DNA from: Bacillota bacterium
GTDB taxonomy: Bacteria; Bacillota; Proteinivoracia; UBA4975; VEMY01
Assembly (NCBI GenBank): GCA_009711825.1
Contig: VEMY01000009.1
Coordinates: forward strand, 14,283 to 78,282
Reading direction: 5' to 3'
DNA length: 64,000 bases
Part shown: positions 19,581 through 31,924 of the stretch, piece by piece
Layout: the number at the start of each line of letters is the position of its first letter
Position numbering within the stretch: the stretch's first letter is position 1
Translations under genes and position numbers: made by a program
Notes under the pieces: generated by a model
Databases searched by the model: none
The model's input: only the letters and a program-made list of their open reading frames with translations
Told to the model about the DNA's origin: nothing

Positions 19581-19609
19581 TTGACGCTAAGTTAGCAGTG
19601 TAATACAAT
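19581..19609 (+). promoter_or_regulatory. Sigma-A-type promoter of the amino-sugar operon regulator
   Basis: TTGACG, 17-nt spacer, TACAAT. Confidence 0.6.
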
Positions 19610-19616
19610 AACGGTA

Positions 19617-19632
19617 AGTGGTTAGGACCACA
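19617..19632. promoter_or_regulatory. NagR/DasR (dre)-like HutC-family operator
   Basis: AGTGGTTAGGACCACA. The core TGGT-TAGG-ACCA matches 10 of 12 positions of the dre palindrome TGGTCTAGACCA. Confidence 0.55.
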
Positions 19633-19654
19633 TGACCATCAAGGTGGTGTCTAA

Positions 19655-20383
19655 ATGATGACAATAAACAAAGCCAGCCGATTACCTTTATATTGCCAGC
19701 TCGCTGATATTATAAAAGAGAAAATTGAGAGTAAAGAGTGGACTGAACACACCAAATTGCCACCGGAGCGTGAGCTGTGCGATATCTATGATGTGAGCCG
19801 GGCCACAGTCCGCCAGGCCATGCAGGAGCTAGAGGTCAGCGGCTATATCTACAAAGCCCACGGCAAAGGAACCTTTGTCCAGCCCCTGAAGATTAAGCAG
19901 GACCTTCTCAAATTTTATAGTTTCACCGAAGAGATGAAGAAACTGGGCAAGACGCCTACATCTGAAGTTATCGATTTTACGATTGTGGAGGCCAATGAAA
20001 AGAAAGCAGAGAAGATGCAAATTAGTGTTGGTGAGCCAATTTATAAATTCACCCGCTTGCGCCTGGCCGACAACGAACCGATGATGCTGGAGACAACCTA
20101 TGTGCCCTGCAGCCGTTTCCCCGGTCTTAGCAAAGAGCTTTTGGAGCAGCGCCCCCTTTACGATATCCTCACCAAAGATCACGGTATAACCCTGACCACG
20201 GCCGAAGAGCGCTTTGTCCCGGTTTTGACTAGGGATTACGAGGCCGAACTTTTACAATACAGGGAGAGCGCCCCCAGTATGATGATTGAACGTCTGACCT
20301 CTGCAGACGGGACGATTGTTGAGTATACCATTGGAATCGCCAGGGGAGATAAATTCGAGTATCGGGTTGTGCTGCAGCAATAA
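19655..20383 (+). CDS. GntR-family regulator, HutC/NagR subfamily (UTRA effector domain)
   Basis: 242 aa. PLYCQLADIIKEKIESKEWTEHTKLPPERELCDIYDVSRATVRQAMQELE HTH plus a UTRA-like C-terminal domain. Confidence 0.85.
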   Translation: MMTINKASRLPLYCQLADIIKEKIESKEWTEHTKLPPERELCDIYDVSRATVRQAMQELEVSGYIYKAHGKGTFVQPLKIKQDLLKFYSFTEEMKKLGKTPTSEVIDFTIVEANEKKAEKMQISVGEPIYKFTRLRLADNEPMMLETTYVPCSRFPGLSKELLEQRPLYDILTKDHGITLTTAEERFVPVLTRDYEAELLQYRESAPSMMIERLTSADGTIVEYTIGIARGDKFEYRVVLQQ

Positions 20384-20396
20384 GTTTTTTTTAGAC

Positions 20397-20416
20397 AAAT
20401 TGGTACTGACAACAGG
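20397..20416. promoter_or_regulatory. Weak dre-like site upstream of agaS
   Basis: AAATTGGTACTGACAACAGG shares the AAATTGGT..T..AC.AC.A pattern with the site at 28241. Only 8 of 12 core positions match dre. Confidence 0.3.
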
Positions 20417-20451
20417 ACAACATCACGACATTACAAAGGGAGGGGTTAGTT

Positions 20452-21594
20452 ATGAGCAAGATCAATAGTTTTATAACAACACAGGAAATTTGGCAGCAGC
20501 CCCGGCTTTGGAGGGAAACAACCGCAATAATTGAAGCCCGTCAGAGGGAAATAAAAGAATTCATTGAACGTGCCGGTAGCAAAGGAAGGCTGCGGGTGGT
20601 TCTGACTGGCGCCGGCAGCTCTGCATTTGTTGGCGAGAGTGTTTCTCCATACCTGAACAGGATTTCCGATTACCATGTTGAGGGAGTTGCCACCACCGAC
20701 ATCGTCGCCAACCCCCGAAATTATCTGCCCGATGTCCCTACACTGCTGATATCCTTTGCCCGTTCTGGCAACAGTCCCGAGAGTGTGGCGACAGTGAGTC
20801 TAGCCAATGAAATGGTATCCAACCTGCATCATATAATTCTCACTTGCAATCCAGACGGTTCCCTGGCCAGAGATGCACGAGATGATGAAAAGTCACTGGT
20901 CATCTTGATGCCCTCTGACTCAAACGATAAGGGATTCGCGATGACCGGAAGCTTTACAACCATGGTTTTGGCTTCGCTCCTGATTTTCAATCTGGATAAA
21001 TTGCCGATTTTCAACCAAGAGGTTGCTAAACTCGCGGACCGGGGCGACGCACTGTTGGAAAGCCCGGAGATTGCAGAACTGGCGTCCGAAGATTTTCAGC
21101 GCCTGGTCTACTTGGGTTCCTCCACTTTGCAAGGGCTTGCCCGGGAGTCGGCGCTGAAGATGCTGGAACTCTCCGCCGGTAAGGTCGTCGCTACATGGGA
21201 TTCACCTTTGGGTTTCCGGCATGGACCTAAGTCCATCATTAACGAGCAAACTCTGGCAGTGTTCTATCTCTCTGTTGACAGCCATGCTCGCAAATATGAG
21301 TTGGATCTGTTGCGGGAGATGGCTGCAGACAAGCAGGCAAAACTGGTTGCGTTGCTGCCTGCCCCTGCCCCGGAGGTTGCGGAGCTGGCAGACTATGCAA
21401 TCAGCGTGTCTGACACAGGCTTACAACTTGCCGATGATGTTTTCCTGCTCTTCCCCTATATACTCTTCGCCCAGTCCATTGCCCTCAGGAAGTCCGCGGC
21501 CTTGGGGATCAACCCGGACAACCCCAGTCCCAGCGGCACCGTAAACCGTGTTGTCAAGGGCGTTAAGATCTACCCGTTTGAACGGAAAGGATGA
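20452..21594 (+). CDS. agaS: Galactosamine-6-phosphate deaminase/isomerase (double-SIS AgaS)
   Basis: 380 aa. Blocks LTGAGSSAFVGESV, LLISFARSGNSPESVATVSLAN, GFAMTGSFTTMVLA, GFRHGPKSIINE and PSPSGTVNRVVKGVKIYPF align with my recollection of E. coli AgaS. Confidence 0.85.
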   Translation: MSKINSFITTQEIWQQPRLWRETTAIIEARQREIKEFIERAGSKGRLRVVLTGAGSSAFVGESVSPYLNRISDYHVEGVATTDIVANPRNYLPDVPTLLISFARSGNSPESVATVSLANEMVSNLHHIILTCNPDGSLARDARDDEKSLVILMPSDSNDKGFAMTGSFTTMVLASLLIFNLDKLPIFNQEVAKLADRGDALLESPEIAELASEDFQRLVYLGSSTLQGLARESALKMLELSAGKVVATWDSPLGFRHGPKSIINEQTLAVFYLSVDSHARKYELDLLREMAADKQAKLVALLPAPAPEVAELADYAISVSDTGLQLADDVFLLFPYILFAQSIALRKSAALGINPDNPSPSGTVNRVVKGVKIYPFERKG

Positions 21595-22058
21595 TTCCAG
21601 TGTTAACAAATCTACTGACGGATAAGGACATCAAGACTAAAGTAGAAGCTGATTCATGGCAGGAGGTGGGACGACTTGCCGGGCAAATCCTAGTGGATAA
21701 GGGTGCAGTTGAGCCCCATTATCCTGATGCGATGCTTGCTGCCGTGGAGAAACTGGGTATGTATATCGTAATCGCGCCTGGAATCGCTCTTTTTCACGGC
21801 CGTCCTGAGGATGGAGTTAACTCTGTTGGGTTGAGCATGGTTACACTGAAGGATGGCGTAAACTTTGGCGTCAAAGATAAGGACCCAGTTCGGTTGGCGT
21901 TTGCCCTGGCAGCCATTGATCATGACGCCCACTTAAATTTACTGGCAGCTTTGAGTAAAGTGTTGCAAGACCAAGAGGTTGTCCACGGTCTTATGGAGGC
22001 GGAGAGTCCGCAACAAGCAATTGCGTTGATTGAGAATAAGTTTTCGAGGGAGGTTTAA
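21591..22058 (+). CDS. PTS EIIA component (EIIA-2 / ascorbate-mannitol-fructose type)
   Basis: 155 aa. IALFHGRPEDG contains the phosphorylatable His context. ATGA coupling to agaS. Confidence 0.8.
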   Translation: MIPVLTNLLTDKDIKTKVEADSWQEVGRLAGQILVDKGAVEPHYPDAMLAAVEKLGMYIVIAPGIALFHGRPEDGVNSVGLSMVTLKDGVNFGVKDKDPVRLAFALAAIDHDAHLNLLAALSKVLQDQEVVHGLMEAESPQQAIALIENKFSREV

Positions 22059-22795
22059 TGATGTTATATAAGGAGTATTTCACGAAAATCAAGGATATTT
22101 TAGCGGAGGTAGAAGCGACCCAGGGAGAAAACATTGATAAGGCGGCAGAGTTGGTGGCTGATGCCATCGGCAATGGTGGCGTCTTGCATGTATTTGGTTG
22201 CGGTCATTCGCAAATGTACCCAATGGAAGTATTCTACAGAGCGGGTGGTTTGGTCCCGGTCAATGCAATCCTTACCCCGGCTCTGGCCTTAGAACCCAAG
22301 GCCCCCCTCAGCACCCACGCCGAACGTCAGGAGGGGTTGGCCAAGGCGATTCTGGACAATGAAGAGGTAGGCGAGAACGATGTTATGTTTATTGCCTCAA
22401 CTTCTGCCCGCAATGCAGTGCCTATTGAAATGGCGATGGAGGCGAAGGCCCGGGGGATTAAAGTGATAACCCTGTTATCTTATGATTTTGCACGCAGCGT
22501 AACTTCCAGGCACTCCAGTGGCAAGAAGACATATGATTTTGCAGATGTAGTTTTGGATAATTGCGGTGTGGCAGGGGATGCAGTTATGTCCGTGGAGGGA
22601 CTTGAGCCCAAGTTCGGTCCTAGCTCATCAATAATTGGATTTGCAATTCTGCAGGCAGTGGTAGTTGAGACTGTAAACAAGCTGGTCTCACAGGGTGTAA
22701 CCCCGCCAATCTGGGTAAGCTCTAACCTGGATAAAGGGGATGACATAAACAAAAAGTACATCCAGGAATACAGAGAGCGAATCAGTTGTCTCTAA
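22058..22795 (+). CDS. Single-SIS-domain sugar-phosphate isomerase-like protein (UPF0309-like)
   Basis: 245 aa. GGVLHVFGCGHSQM and IASTSARNAVPIEMA are SIS motifs. TAATG coupling to the upstream gene. Confidence 0.7.
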   Translation: MMLYKEYFTKIKDILAEVEATQGENIDKAAELVADAIGNGGVLHVFGCGHSQMYPMEVFYRAGGLVPVNAILTPALALEPKAPLSTHAERQEGLAKAILDNEEVGENDVMFIASTSARNAVPIEMAMEAKARGIKVITLLSYDFARSVTSRHSSGKKTYDFADVVLDNCGVAGDAVMSVEGLEPKFGPSSSIIGFAILQAVVVETVNKLVSQGVTPPIWVSSNLDKGDDINKKYIQEYRERISCL

Positions 22796-22823
22796 TAAAT
22801 AATAGCGATAAGGAGGTGAGTAG

Positions 22824-23090
22824 ATGCAGATAGTTACAGTCTGTGGCTTAGGAGTTGGCACCAGCTTAATGCTGAAGATGACCATTCAAGACATTCTCGA
22901 TGCGGAGGGCATCAGTGCCGACGTTGAGGCCTGGGACGCAGGTACAGTAAAGGGGAGGAGCGCAGATCTGTTTGTTGTGTCTGAGGACCTGAGGAGCAGT
23001 CTCGAGGGTTTGGACGGAAACGTGGTCTATATCAAAAATATAACCGATACCGATGAAATCCGGGAAAAGGTGCTTGCTGCCCTAAGGTAA
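22824..23090 (+). CDS. PTS EIIB component (ascorbate/UlaB-SgaB type)
   Basis: 88 aa. MQIVTVCGLGVGTSLMLKM carries the active-site Cys loop. Confidence 0.8.
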   Translation: MQIVTVCGLGVGTSLMLKMTIQDILDAEGISADVEAWDAGTVKGRSADLFVVSEDLRSSLEGLDGNVVYIKNITDTDEIREKVLAALR

Positions 23091-23111
23091 ATTTTTGAGA
23101 GGAGTGGCGAT

Positions 23112-24476
23112 ATGCTTTCAGTCTTTGTTGAGATTATTACTGAACCGGCGATTGTTTTGGGTCTGGTAGCTTTAATTGGCTTGGTATTACAAAGGAAGAG
23201 ATTCCCTGATGTTGTAAAAGGAACCTTCAAGACTATACTAGGGTTGTTAATCCTCAGTGCGGGGTCTGCTCTAATTGTGGACAACCTTGCACCCTTCGCG
23301 GATATGTTCACCGAGGGCTTTAATCTTACCGGTGTGGTGCCGTTTGATGAAGCGGTGATTGGCGCTCTCATTGAAAATGTATCCATAATTGCACGCACAA
23401 CTTCATTTATTCTTGCGCTCGGGTTTGCTGTCAACGTTTTGCTGGCACGCATTACACCTTTTAAGTACATCTTCCTGACCGGACACATGATGTGGATACT
23501 TGCAGGCGCCCTGGCATGGGCATTCCACGATCTGGGAGTAGGCGAGACCAATACCATCATCTTTGGTTCAATTCTGCAAGGTGCAATTCTTGTGTTATTG
23601 CCGGCAATCGCCCAGCCGATAATGCGTAAGGTTACCGGCGACAACAAGATTGCCTATGGCCATCTGACAACTATTGGCGTCGTGGCTTCTGCTTATGTTG
23701 GCAAGCTCTTCGGGGATCCTGAGAAGAGCAGCGAAGACATCAAGGTTCCCGAAGGCCTTAACTTTTTCAAGGACACTGCTATCTCGGTGTCGTTTGTAAT
23801 GGTTCTAGTCTATCTGATTACCGCACTGTTTGCTGGTCCCGAATTTGTGGGTGAATTTGCCGGCGAGCAACACTACCTGGTATTCAGTCTTCTTAAGGGT
23901 CTTGGATTTGCAGCTGGTGTTCTCGTTTTGCTGCAAGGTGTACGGATGTTCCTGGGTGAGATTGTTCCCGCGTTTCGCGGTATTGCCCTCAAGGTGGTTC
24001 CCGGCGCTAAGCCTGCTTTGGACGTGCCTGTTCTGTTCCCCTACGCACCCAACGCCCTGATGCTAGGCTTTATCTTTGCAGTGGCTGGAACTGTTGTCGG
24101 AATGTTTGCTTCCCGACTAATTGGAACCGTTGTTCCCGTTCCTTCAATCATCGGCGCCTTCTTTACAGGTGGTGTCGCTGGTATCTTTGGTAACGCTTTG
24201 GGTGGACGTCGAGGTGCCATGATTTCGGGATTTGTTTACGGCTTGTTCCTGTCGATTCCTGTTGCCCTGTTCTTCCCGCTCTATGACTTAGCTGGCTATG
24301 GAATTCAGGGTGTTGCGTTCCTAGTCTCTGATGGAATCGTTGCTCTGAGCCTGATTAAGGCCTTCTTTGCGGCCAATATCCCATACATTGGTCTTGGCCT
24401 GTTTGTAGTCGCAATGGCGCTTCTCAGCTGGAGGTTTAAGTCCAAGAAGACCCATACTGAAAACCCGTCAGCTTAA
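23112..24476 (+). CDS. PTS EIIC component (ascorbate family, UlaA/SgaT-like)
   Basis: 454 aa polytopic membrane protein. N-terminus FVEIITEPAIVLGLVALIGLVLQ and overall length are typical of UlaA. Confidence 0.85.
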   Translation: MLSVFVEIITEPAIVLGLVALIGLVLQRKRFPDVVKGTFKTILGLLILSAGSALIVDNLAPFADMFTEGFNLTGVVPFDEAVIGALIENVSIIARTTSFILALGFAVNVLLARITPFKYIFLTGHMMWILAGALAWAFHDLGVGETNTIIFGSILQGAILVLLPAIAQPIMRKVTGDNKIAYGHLTTIGVVASAYVGKLFGDPEKSSEDIKVPEGLNFFKDTAISVSFVMVLVYLITALFAGPEFVGEFAGEQHYLVFSLLKGLGFAAGVLVLLQGVRMFLGEIVPAFRGIALKVVPGAKPALDVPVLFPYAPNALMLGFIFAVAGTVVGMFASRLIGTVVPVPSIIGAFFTGGVAGIFGNALGGRRGAMISGFVYGLFLSIPVALFFPLYDLAGYGIQGVAFLVSDGIVALSLIKAFFAANIPYIGLGLFVVAMALLSWRFKSKKTHTENPSA

Positions 24477-24490
24477 GTAAAATTCCAACA

Positions 24491-24518
24491 GTCCGTGCCT
24501 TCGGGCACGGGCTGTTAA
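24491..24518 (+). repeat. Conserved stem-loop element, copy 1, upstream of HAD paralog 1
   Basis: GTCCGTGCC-ttcg-GGCACGGGC-TGTTAA. The stem and 3' tail are identical to copy 2 at 28289-28315; only the loop differs. Confidence 0.7.
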
Positions 24519-24542
24519 CTATATCCAGTAGGAGTGAGATGA

Positions 24543-25195
24543 TTGAGAGACACAATAATTCTCTCGGATTTTGATGGCACAATTACAAAGCAAGACTCGA
24601 ATACGCTTATGATTGAACGATATGGCAATCATCTGAACCATAAACTGGAACAACAGTTTACCTCGGGTGAGATTGGAACCCGGGAGGCAATGACTGGACA
24701 TTTTCAAAACCTCACGATTTCTGAACGAGAATATGACACCTTCATCAATCAGGAGATTGAGGTTGACCCAGGTTTCCCCGAATTTTATACTAAACTACAA
24801 GCCGTGGGAGTGCCCCTGGTAGTAATCAGCGGCGGCTATACAAATGCCATTAATGTTGTCCTCGGTCGGGAAGGGATTTTGCCCGAGGCAATTCTAGCAA
24901 ATACATTAGTTTTTACCCCAGATGGAATTGAGAATTGCTTTTATCATCAACAACCTGACTGTATTAAGCAATTTGGGCCCTGCGGCAACTGCAAAGCCAG
25001 TCATGTTCAACGTTATAAAAACCAGTACCGTAAGGTGATATTTATCGGTGACGGACTCACTGATCGATGCGGAGCCGAGCATGCCGATGTAGTCTGCGCC
25101 AAAGGACACCTGGCTGAATACTGCAGAGAAAATGGGTTTAACTACACAGAATATGAGGATTTTAATGACTTGCTGTATCTATTGGAGGAATTGAG

Positions 25196-25199
<4 letters not shown>
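24543..25199 (+). CDS. HAD-superfamily phosphatase, MtnX-like
   Basis: 218 aa. DFDGTIT motif I, GDGLTDRCGAEHAD motif, and the Cys cluster PDCIKQFGPCGNCKAS typical of the MtnX branch. TTG start after AGGAGTGAG. Confidence 0.7.
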
Positions 25200-28135
<2,936 letters not shown>

Positions 28136-28240
28136 CATTTAACAGTGCCTGTGCATGACCCATGCCCGGCGCTGCTGTTTTTTCGGGGCAAAACAGCCCG
28201 GGTGAAGTTTGACGGAAGCGCCTCAATAGCTTAAGATGAA

Positions 28241-28258
28241 ATTGGTCTATACCACCAA
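28241..28258. promoter_or_regulatory. dre-like HutC-family operator upstream of HAD paralog 2
   Basis: ATTGGTCTATACCACCAA. The core TGGTCTATACCA matches 11 of 12 positions of TGGTCTAGACCA. Confidence 0.55.
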
Positions 28259-28288
28259 CCATTTTTTCCATACCAACCGTTAACTACG

Positions 28289-28315
28289 GTCCGTGCCCTG
28301 GGCACGGGCTGTTAA
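28289..28315 (+). repeat. Conserved stem-loop element, copy 2, upstream of HAD paralog 2
   Basis: GTCCGTGCC-ctg-GGCACGGGC-TGTTAA. See copy 1. Confidence 0.7.
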
Positions 28316-28333
28316 TATTCACAGGAGGGCATA

Positions 28334-28987
28334 ATGAAGCACACGATAATACTCATCGATTTTGACGGCACAATCACCCAGCAGGATTCCAATGTTATTG
28401 TCAGTCGGCATTACGGCACTCCCCCCAGCAAGGCCATGTATGAAAAGGTTCATTCCGGCAAGATTCCCATTCGGGAATCAATGGGCGGGGGCTTCACCGG
28501 TGTTAAGCTCTCAGAGCATGAATACACGGAGTTTATTCGCCAGGCGGTAGAAATTGCCCCCGGCTTCCCCGAATTCTTCCGGCAGGCAGAGAGCAATAAC
28601 ATACCGCTGGCGGTTGTCAGCGGCGGTTATATGAACCCGATTCGGATTGTCCTTGACCGGGAGGGGATTACGCCTGCGGCTATTTATGCCAACCGGCTTG
28701 AATTTACCCCGGAAGGCATCAAGAAACAATTCTACCACCAAGCACCCAACTGCGATAAGGATTACGGTCCTTGTGGCAATTGCAAGGCCAGCCATGTCAA
28801 GCATTACAAAGAGCAGTATGACCGGGTGATCTTTATTGGCGACGGGTTCACCGACCGCTGCGGAGCGTTGCATGCCGATGAGGTGTATGCCAAAGACTGG
28901 CTCGCCGACTACTGTCGGGAGCATGGCCTGCCCTTTACCGAGTTCAACGACTTCTATGACCTCATGCACATACTTGGAGATGTTTAA
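28334..28987 (+). CDS. HAD-superfamily phosphatase, MtnX-like (paralog 2)
   Basis: 217 aa, collinear with 24543-25199 at roughly half identity by eye. Same DFDGTIT, GPCGNCKASHV and GDG.TDRCGA blocks. Confidence 0.7.
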   Translation: MKHTIILIDFDGTITQQDSNVIVSRHYGTPPSKAMYEKVHSGKIPIRESMGGGFTGVKLSEHEYTEFIRQAVEIAPGFPEFFRQAESNNIPLAVVSGGYMNPIRIVLDREGITPAAIYANRLEFTPEGIKKQFYHQAPNCDKDYGPCGNCKASHVKHYKEQYDRVIFIGDGFTDRCGALHADEVYAKDWLADYCREHGLPFTEFNDFYDLMHILGDV

Positions 28988-29004
28988 TTAAGGTTGTTTA
29001 CTCT

Positions 29005-29045
29005 AAAAAAACAGCGCCCGGGCAATATGCTCAGGCGCTGTTTTA
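29005..29045. terminator. Bidirectional terminator
   Basis: AAAAAACAGCGCC...GGCGCTGTTTT between convergent genes. Confidence 0.7.
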
Positions 29046-29066
29046 GTAGGAGGAGTTAGCCATTCA

Positions 29067-29348
29067 CTATGTCAAACGGGCTTTATCTAACTGATAATTA
29101 GTCTCGAGGTTCAACCAGAATTGAGCACTGGGGCCGAGTACCTTCTCTAGTTTCAGGGCGGTTTCGTAAGTTATGGGGGCACGGCCATCTATGATCTTAC
29201 TTAGATACCTGGTTGTTATTCCTAAGCGTCTGGCTAATTCAGCTTGATTTATGTAGAGATACTTCATGTCTTCTCTGATTGATTCCCCAGGAGGTATTGC
29301 CACCGTCGGCTTGAAATGGTTATCTTCTTTACTTCCCAAGGTAGTCAT
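29067..29348 (-). CDS. higA: HigA-family antitoxin / XRE HTH protein (apparently orphan)
   Basis: IPPGESIREDMKYLYINQAELARRLGITTRYLSKIIDGRAPITYETALKLEKVLGPSAQFWLNLETNYQL is the typical HigA layout. ATG at 29348 follows GAGGAGG. Confidence 0.75.
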   Translation of the reverse strand: MTTLGSKEDNHFKPTVAIPPGESIREDMKYLYINQAELARRLGITTRYLSKIIDGRAPITYETALKLEKVLGPSAQFWLNLETNYQLDKARLT

Positions 29349-29460
29349 CCACCTCCTCAAAACGAAATTCCCTTGCAGTAGTGATTTTGTGCAGTGCAAT
29401 TTTAGCATATGTGGTGATCATAATCAATAAATTCTGTCTTTTCACGTTCATTATCGGTAG

Positions 29461-29491
29461 AAAAAAACACACCCACAACGGGATGTGCTTG
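29461..29491 (-). terminator. Rho-independent terminator directly after the cysS 3' remnant (probable ancestral cysS terminator)
   Basis: Minus strand reads CACATCCC-gtt-GTGGGTGTG followed by TTTTTTT. Confidence 0.55.
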
Positions 29492-29502
29492 CTCACTAAT
29501 TG

Positions 29503-29538
29503 CCGGGCTTATACTCCCAGACAGTCCTTTACTTGGTG
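29503..29538 (-). repeat. Degenerate copy of the last about 12 codons of cysS (left direct repeat)
   Basis: 20 of 20 then 12 of 16 nt identical to 36702-36737. In the cysS frame it reads [12 protein letters not shown], versus authentic [14 protein letters not shown]. Confidence 0.8.
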
Positions 29539-29674
29539 CCATGGGATTATCTTTTTTGCGTGTCTGAAAGAGCCTTCTGGCTGATCCGCACGAAAAAATA
29601 TTACAAAGTACCTAATACATTCCTGTCATGTGAGCACATTAACTCAATTTAACACGTAAATTGTTACTTTTTGC

Positions 29675-29703
29675 TTGACCAGCTAGTTTAATACGCGTAT
29701 AAT
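29675..29703 (+). promoter_or_regulatory. Sigma-A-type promoter of the islet operon
   Basis: TTGACC, 17-nt spacer, TATAAT. Confidence 0.65.
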
Positions 29704-29766
29704 ACAGATGTAACAAAAGTTAACTAATTTAATGACAACAAACTGTTTGGTGCGGAGGTTGATATT

Positions 29767-30528
29767 ATGAATCCGACAGCACGACGTCTCTATATCCTCG
29801 ATTATTTGAAGGAGAAGGAAACTGTCGAGATAGGTGTCTTAGCAGAAGAACTTGGTGTTTCTACAATGACAATTCGCAGGGATCTAAACCAATTTGCTAA
29901 ACAAGGGCTGGTATCACTAACTCATGGCGGTGCAGTTCTTAATTACGGTGCTACGATAGAAGCTAATTATGCTATTAAGCAAGGTCATATGGTTGAAGAA
30001 AAGAAGAGAATTGGACAAGCTGCCGCCAAGCTTGTTGCTGAAGGCAGTGCTGTGTTTATCGATTGTGGCACCACCCCCCAGGAAGTAGCTGTGCAGCTGA
30101 TCCATTCTTCCAATATAACTGTACTTACTAATTCATTATTAGCAGCGAACACTTTTGCGCAATCACCTAAAGTGAAGCTAATCATGGTTCCCGGTCTTTT
30201 CCGCGCTAAATCTATGGGATTTCTTGGTCCCGCGGCAATCGAGTTTATATCTAGAATGCGATTTGACTATGTGTTTCTGGGGACTGAAGGAGTAGATTGT
30301 GAGACTGGAATAACAGTTCCCGATATTGATGATGGAGAAATGAAACGGGCGCTAGTAAGCCGAGCAAATAAAGTTGTTGTAGTGGCCGACCACACAAAAA
30401 TCGGCCAGAAATTTATGATGTCGGTATGCCCTGCTAGTCAGGTATCTACCTTAGTGACAGGAAAGGAGGCATCAAAGGATATAATCAGGTCTATGGAGCA
30501 GGCTGGTGTTTCCGTCGTGACAGTCTAA
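29767..30528 (+). CDS. DeoR-family transcriptional regulator
   Basis: 253 aa. RRLYILDYLKEKETVEIGVLAEELGVSTMTIRRDLNQFAKQGLV HTH plus a DeoR C-terminal sensor domain. Confidence 0.85.
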   Translation: MNPTARRLYILDYLKEKETVEIGVLAEELGVSTMTIRRDLNQFAKQGLVSLTHGGAVLNYGATIEANYAIKQGHMVEEKKRIGQAAAKLVAEGSAVFIDCGTTPQEVAVQLIHSSNITVLTNSLLAANTFAQSPKVKLIMVPGLFRAKSMGFLGPAAIEFISRMRFDYVFLGTEGVDCETGITVPDIDDGEMKRALVSRANKVVVVADHTKIGQKFMMSVCPASQVSTLVTGKEASKDIIRSMEQAGVSVVTV

Positions 30529-30575
30529 TGTATTGTCGGTAATTTTTAATGGTAAATTAACGAAAGGGTGTGTAA

Positions 30576-31859
30576 TTGTTGAAACCTGCAACAGGATTTG
30601 AACGTACCATGGGGACAGTTGGCAATTGGGTGGAAACAAAACTGTCGCCACCGTTGTTGCGTCTAGGTAATCAAAGGCATGTACTGGCGTTGCGGGGCGG
30701 TCTAATCAGGATAATTCCGCTTCTAATTATCGGTTCGATCCCACTGATTCTTGCTAACTTGCCAGTGGAGTCTTGGGCTAATGCCATGGCACCATATGAA
30801 GCCGCTTTGATGACTTTATTCTCCATGTCCTTTGGATTCCTCAGTTTATATCTTTCGATTAGTGTTGCAGCTGAACTTGCCCGGGGATATAAACTTGAAG
30901 TTACCTCGGTTAGTATTATTTCTGCAGCTTGTTATTTAATCACGGTCGCGCCAATAGATTTAGAAACAGGAACGTTATCTACACAACATTTTGGCGCAAC
31001 AGGGATGTTTGCGGCCTTCCTTGTCGGTATAATTGTTGTAGAAGTGATGCGTTTTATGCGCGACAGGAAACTAATGATTAGAATGCCTGCTGGGGTTCCA
31101 GACAATATTTCTGCTAGTTTTTCATCTTTAATCCCGTTGCTTGTTCTATTTGTCTTCTTCTGGTTACTCAGAGTAGTATTGAATTTCGACCTTGCAGAAG
31201 CTATTAGTTTCATTGTAAGTCCATTATTGATTCTTGCTGATACATGGTATGCAGTTCTTGTTACATCACTTCTCCTCACAATGTTGTGGTTTGTCGGGAT
31301 TCACGGTGGCTCCTTGACCGTACAAGGCGCGATGTACGCTTTTCTGTTTTCTAATATTGCCGCTAATGCTGCGGCTCACCAAGCTGGTATGCCACTACCC
31401 CATATTTTTACTGAGCCGTTTGTATTTACGTATGGGATGCCATCTGGAGTTGGCATTACCTTGCCCCTGATTTTAATTTGGTGGCGTTCACGTTCTGTAA
31501 AGTTGCGGGAAATTTCCCGCGTGTCACTTGCACCAGGAATCTTCAATATCAATGAGCCAATTAACTTCGGCGCACCAATAATCTTGAATCCATTGATGTT
31601 CCTACCCTTTGTCTTTGGCACCACTACACTGGGTATGATGTATGGGTACATTATTACAAAGATTGGTTGGGTCACTGCTCCGTTTATTCAAGTGCCCTGG
31701 ACGACGCCGCCCCTTATTCAGCCTTACTTGGCGACTGGTGGTGACTGGCGGGCTGTAGTTGCGCAGTTGATTCTCTTTGTGGTTGTTGGATTGATATGGT
31801 TCCCGTTTGCAAAAATTTGGGAACAGCGGTGTATAGCTGAAGAGCAGGAGAGCGCTTAG
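30576..31859 (+). CDS. PTS EIIC component (lactose/cellobiose family)
   Basis: 427 aa. LSPPLLRLGNQRHVLALRGGLIRIIPLLIIGS N-terminus and the GIHGG block are typical. Start is uncertain (TTG 30576 or ATG 30609). Confidence 0.85.
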   Translation: MLKPATGFERTMGTVGNWVETKLSPPLLRLGNQRHVLALRGGLIRIIPLLIIGSIPLILANLPVESWANAMAPYEAALMTLFSMSFGFLSLYLSISVAAELARGYKLEVTSVSIISAACYLITVAPIDLETGTLSTQHFGATGMFAAFLVGIIVVEVMRFMRDRKLMIRMPAGVPDNISASFSSLIPLLVLFVFFWLLRVVLNFDLAEAISFIVSPLLILADTWYAVLVTSLLLTMLWFVGIHGGSLTVQGAMYAFLFSNIAANAAAHQAGMPLPHIFTEPFVFTYGMPSGVGITLPLILIWWRSRSVKLREISRVSLAPGIFNINEPINFGAPIILNPLMFLPFVFGTTTLGMMYGYIITKIGWVTAPFIQVPWTTPPLIQPYLATGGDWRAVVAQLILFVVVGLIWFPFAKIWEQRCIAEEQESA

Positions 31860-31869
31860 GGATAGACAA

Positions 31870-31894
31870 GCGGGCAGAAACTCTGCCCGCTTAT
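31870..31894 (+). terminator. Intercistronic hairpin / partial terminator after EIIC
   Basis: GCGGGCAG-aaact-CTGCCCGC followed by TTAT. Confidence 0.5.
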
Positions 31895-31924
31895 AAATAA
31901 ACAATTATTGAAAGGGTGAAGCAG

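Noticed and set aside
23027-23647. 206-aa antisense ORF opposite the EIIB/EIIC genes.
   Set aside because: Shadow ORF of a strongly supported membrane-protein gene, with no start context.
29381-29584. 67-aa plus-strand ORF, and a minus-strand frame (MAPSKGLSGS...DYDHHIC) that looked like a HigB toxin.
   Set aside because: The 5' part of the minus-strand frame is the cysS 3' remnant read out of frame, and its middle is the stranded terminator. Only the last few residues resemble HigB. The plus-strand ORF has no support.
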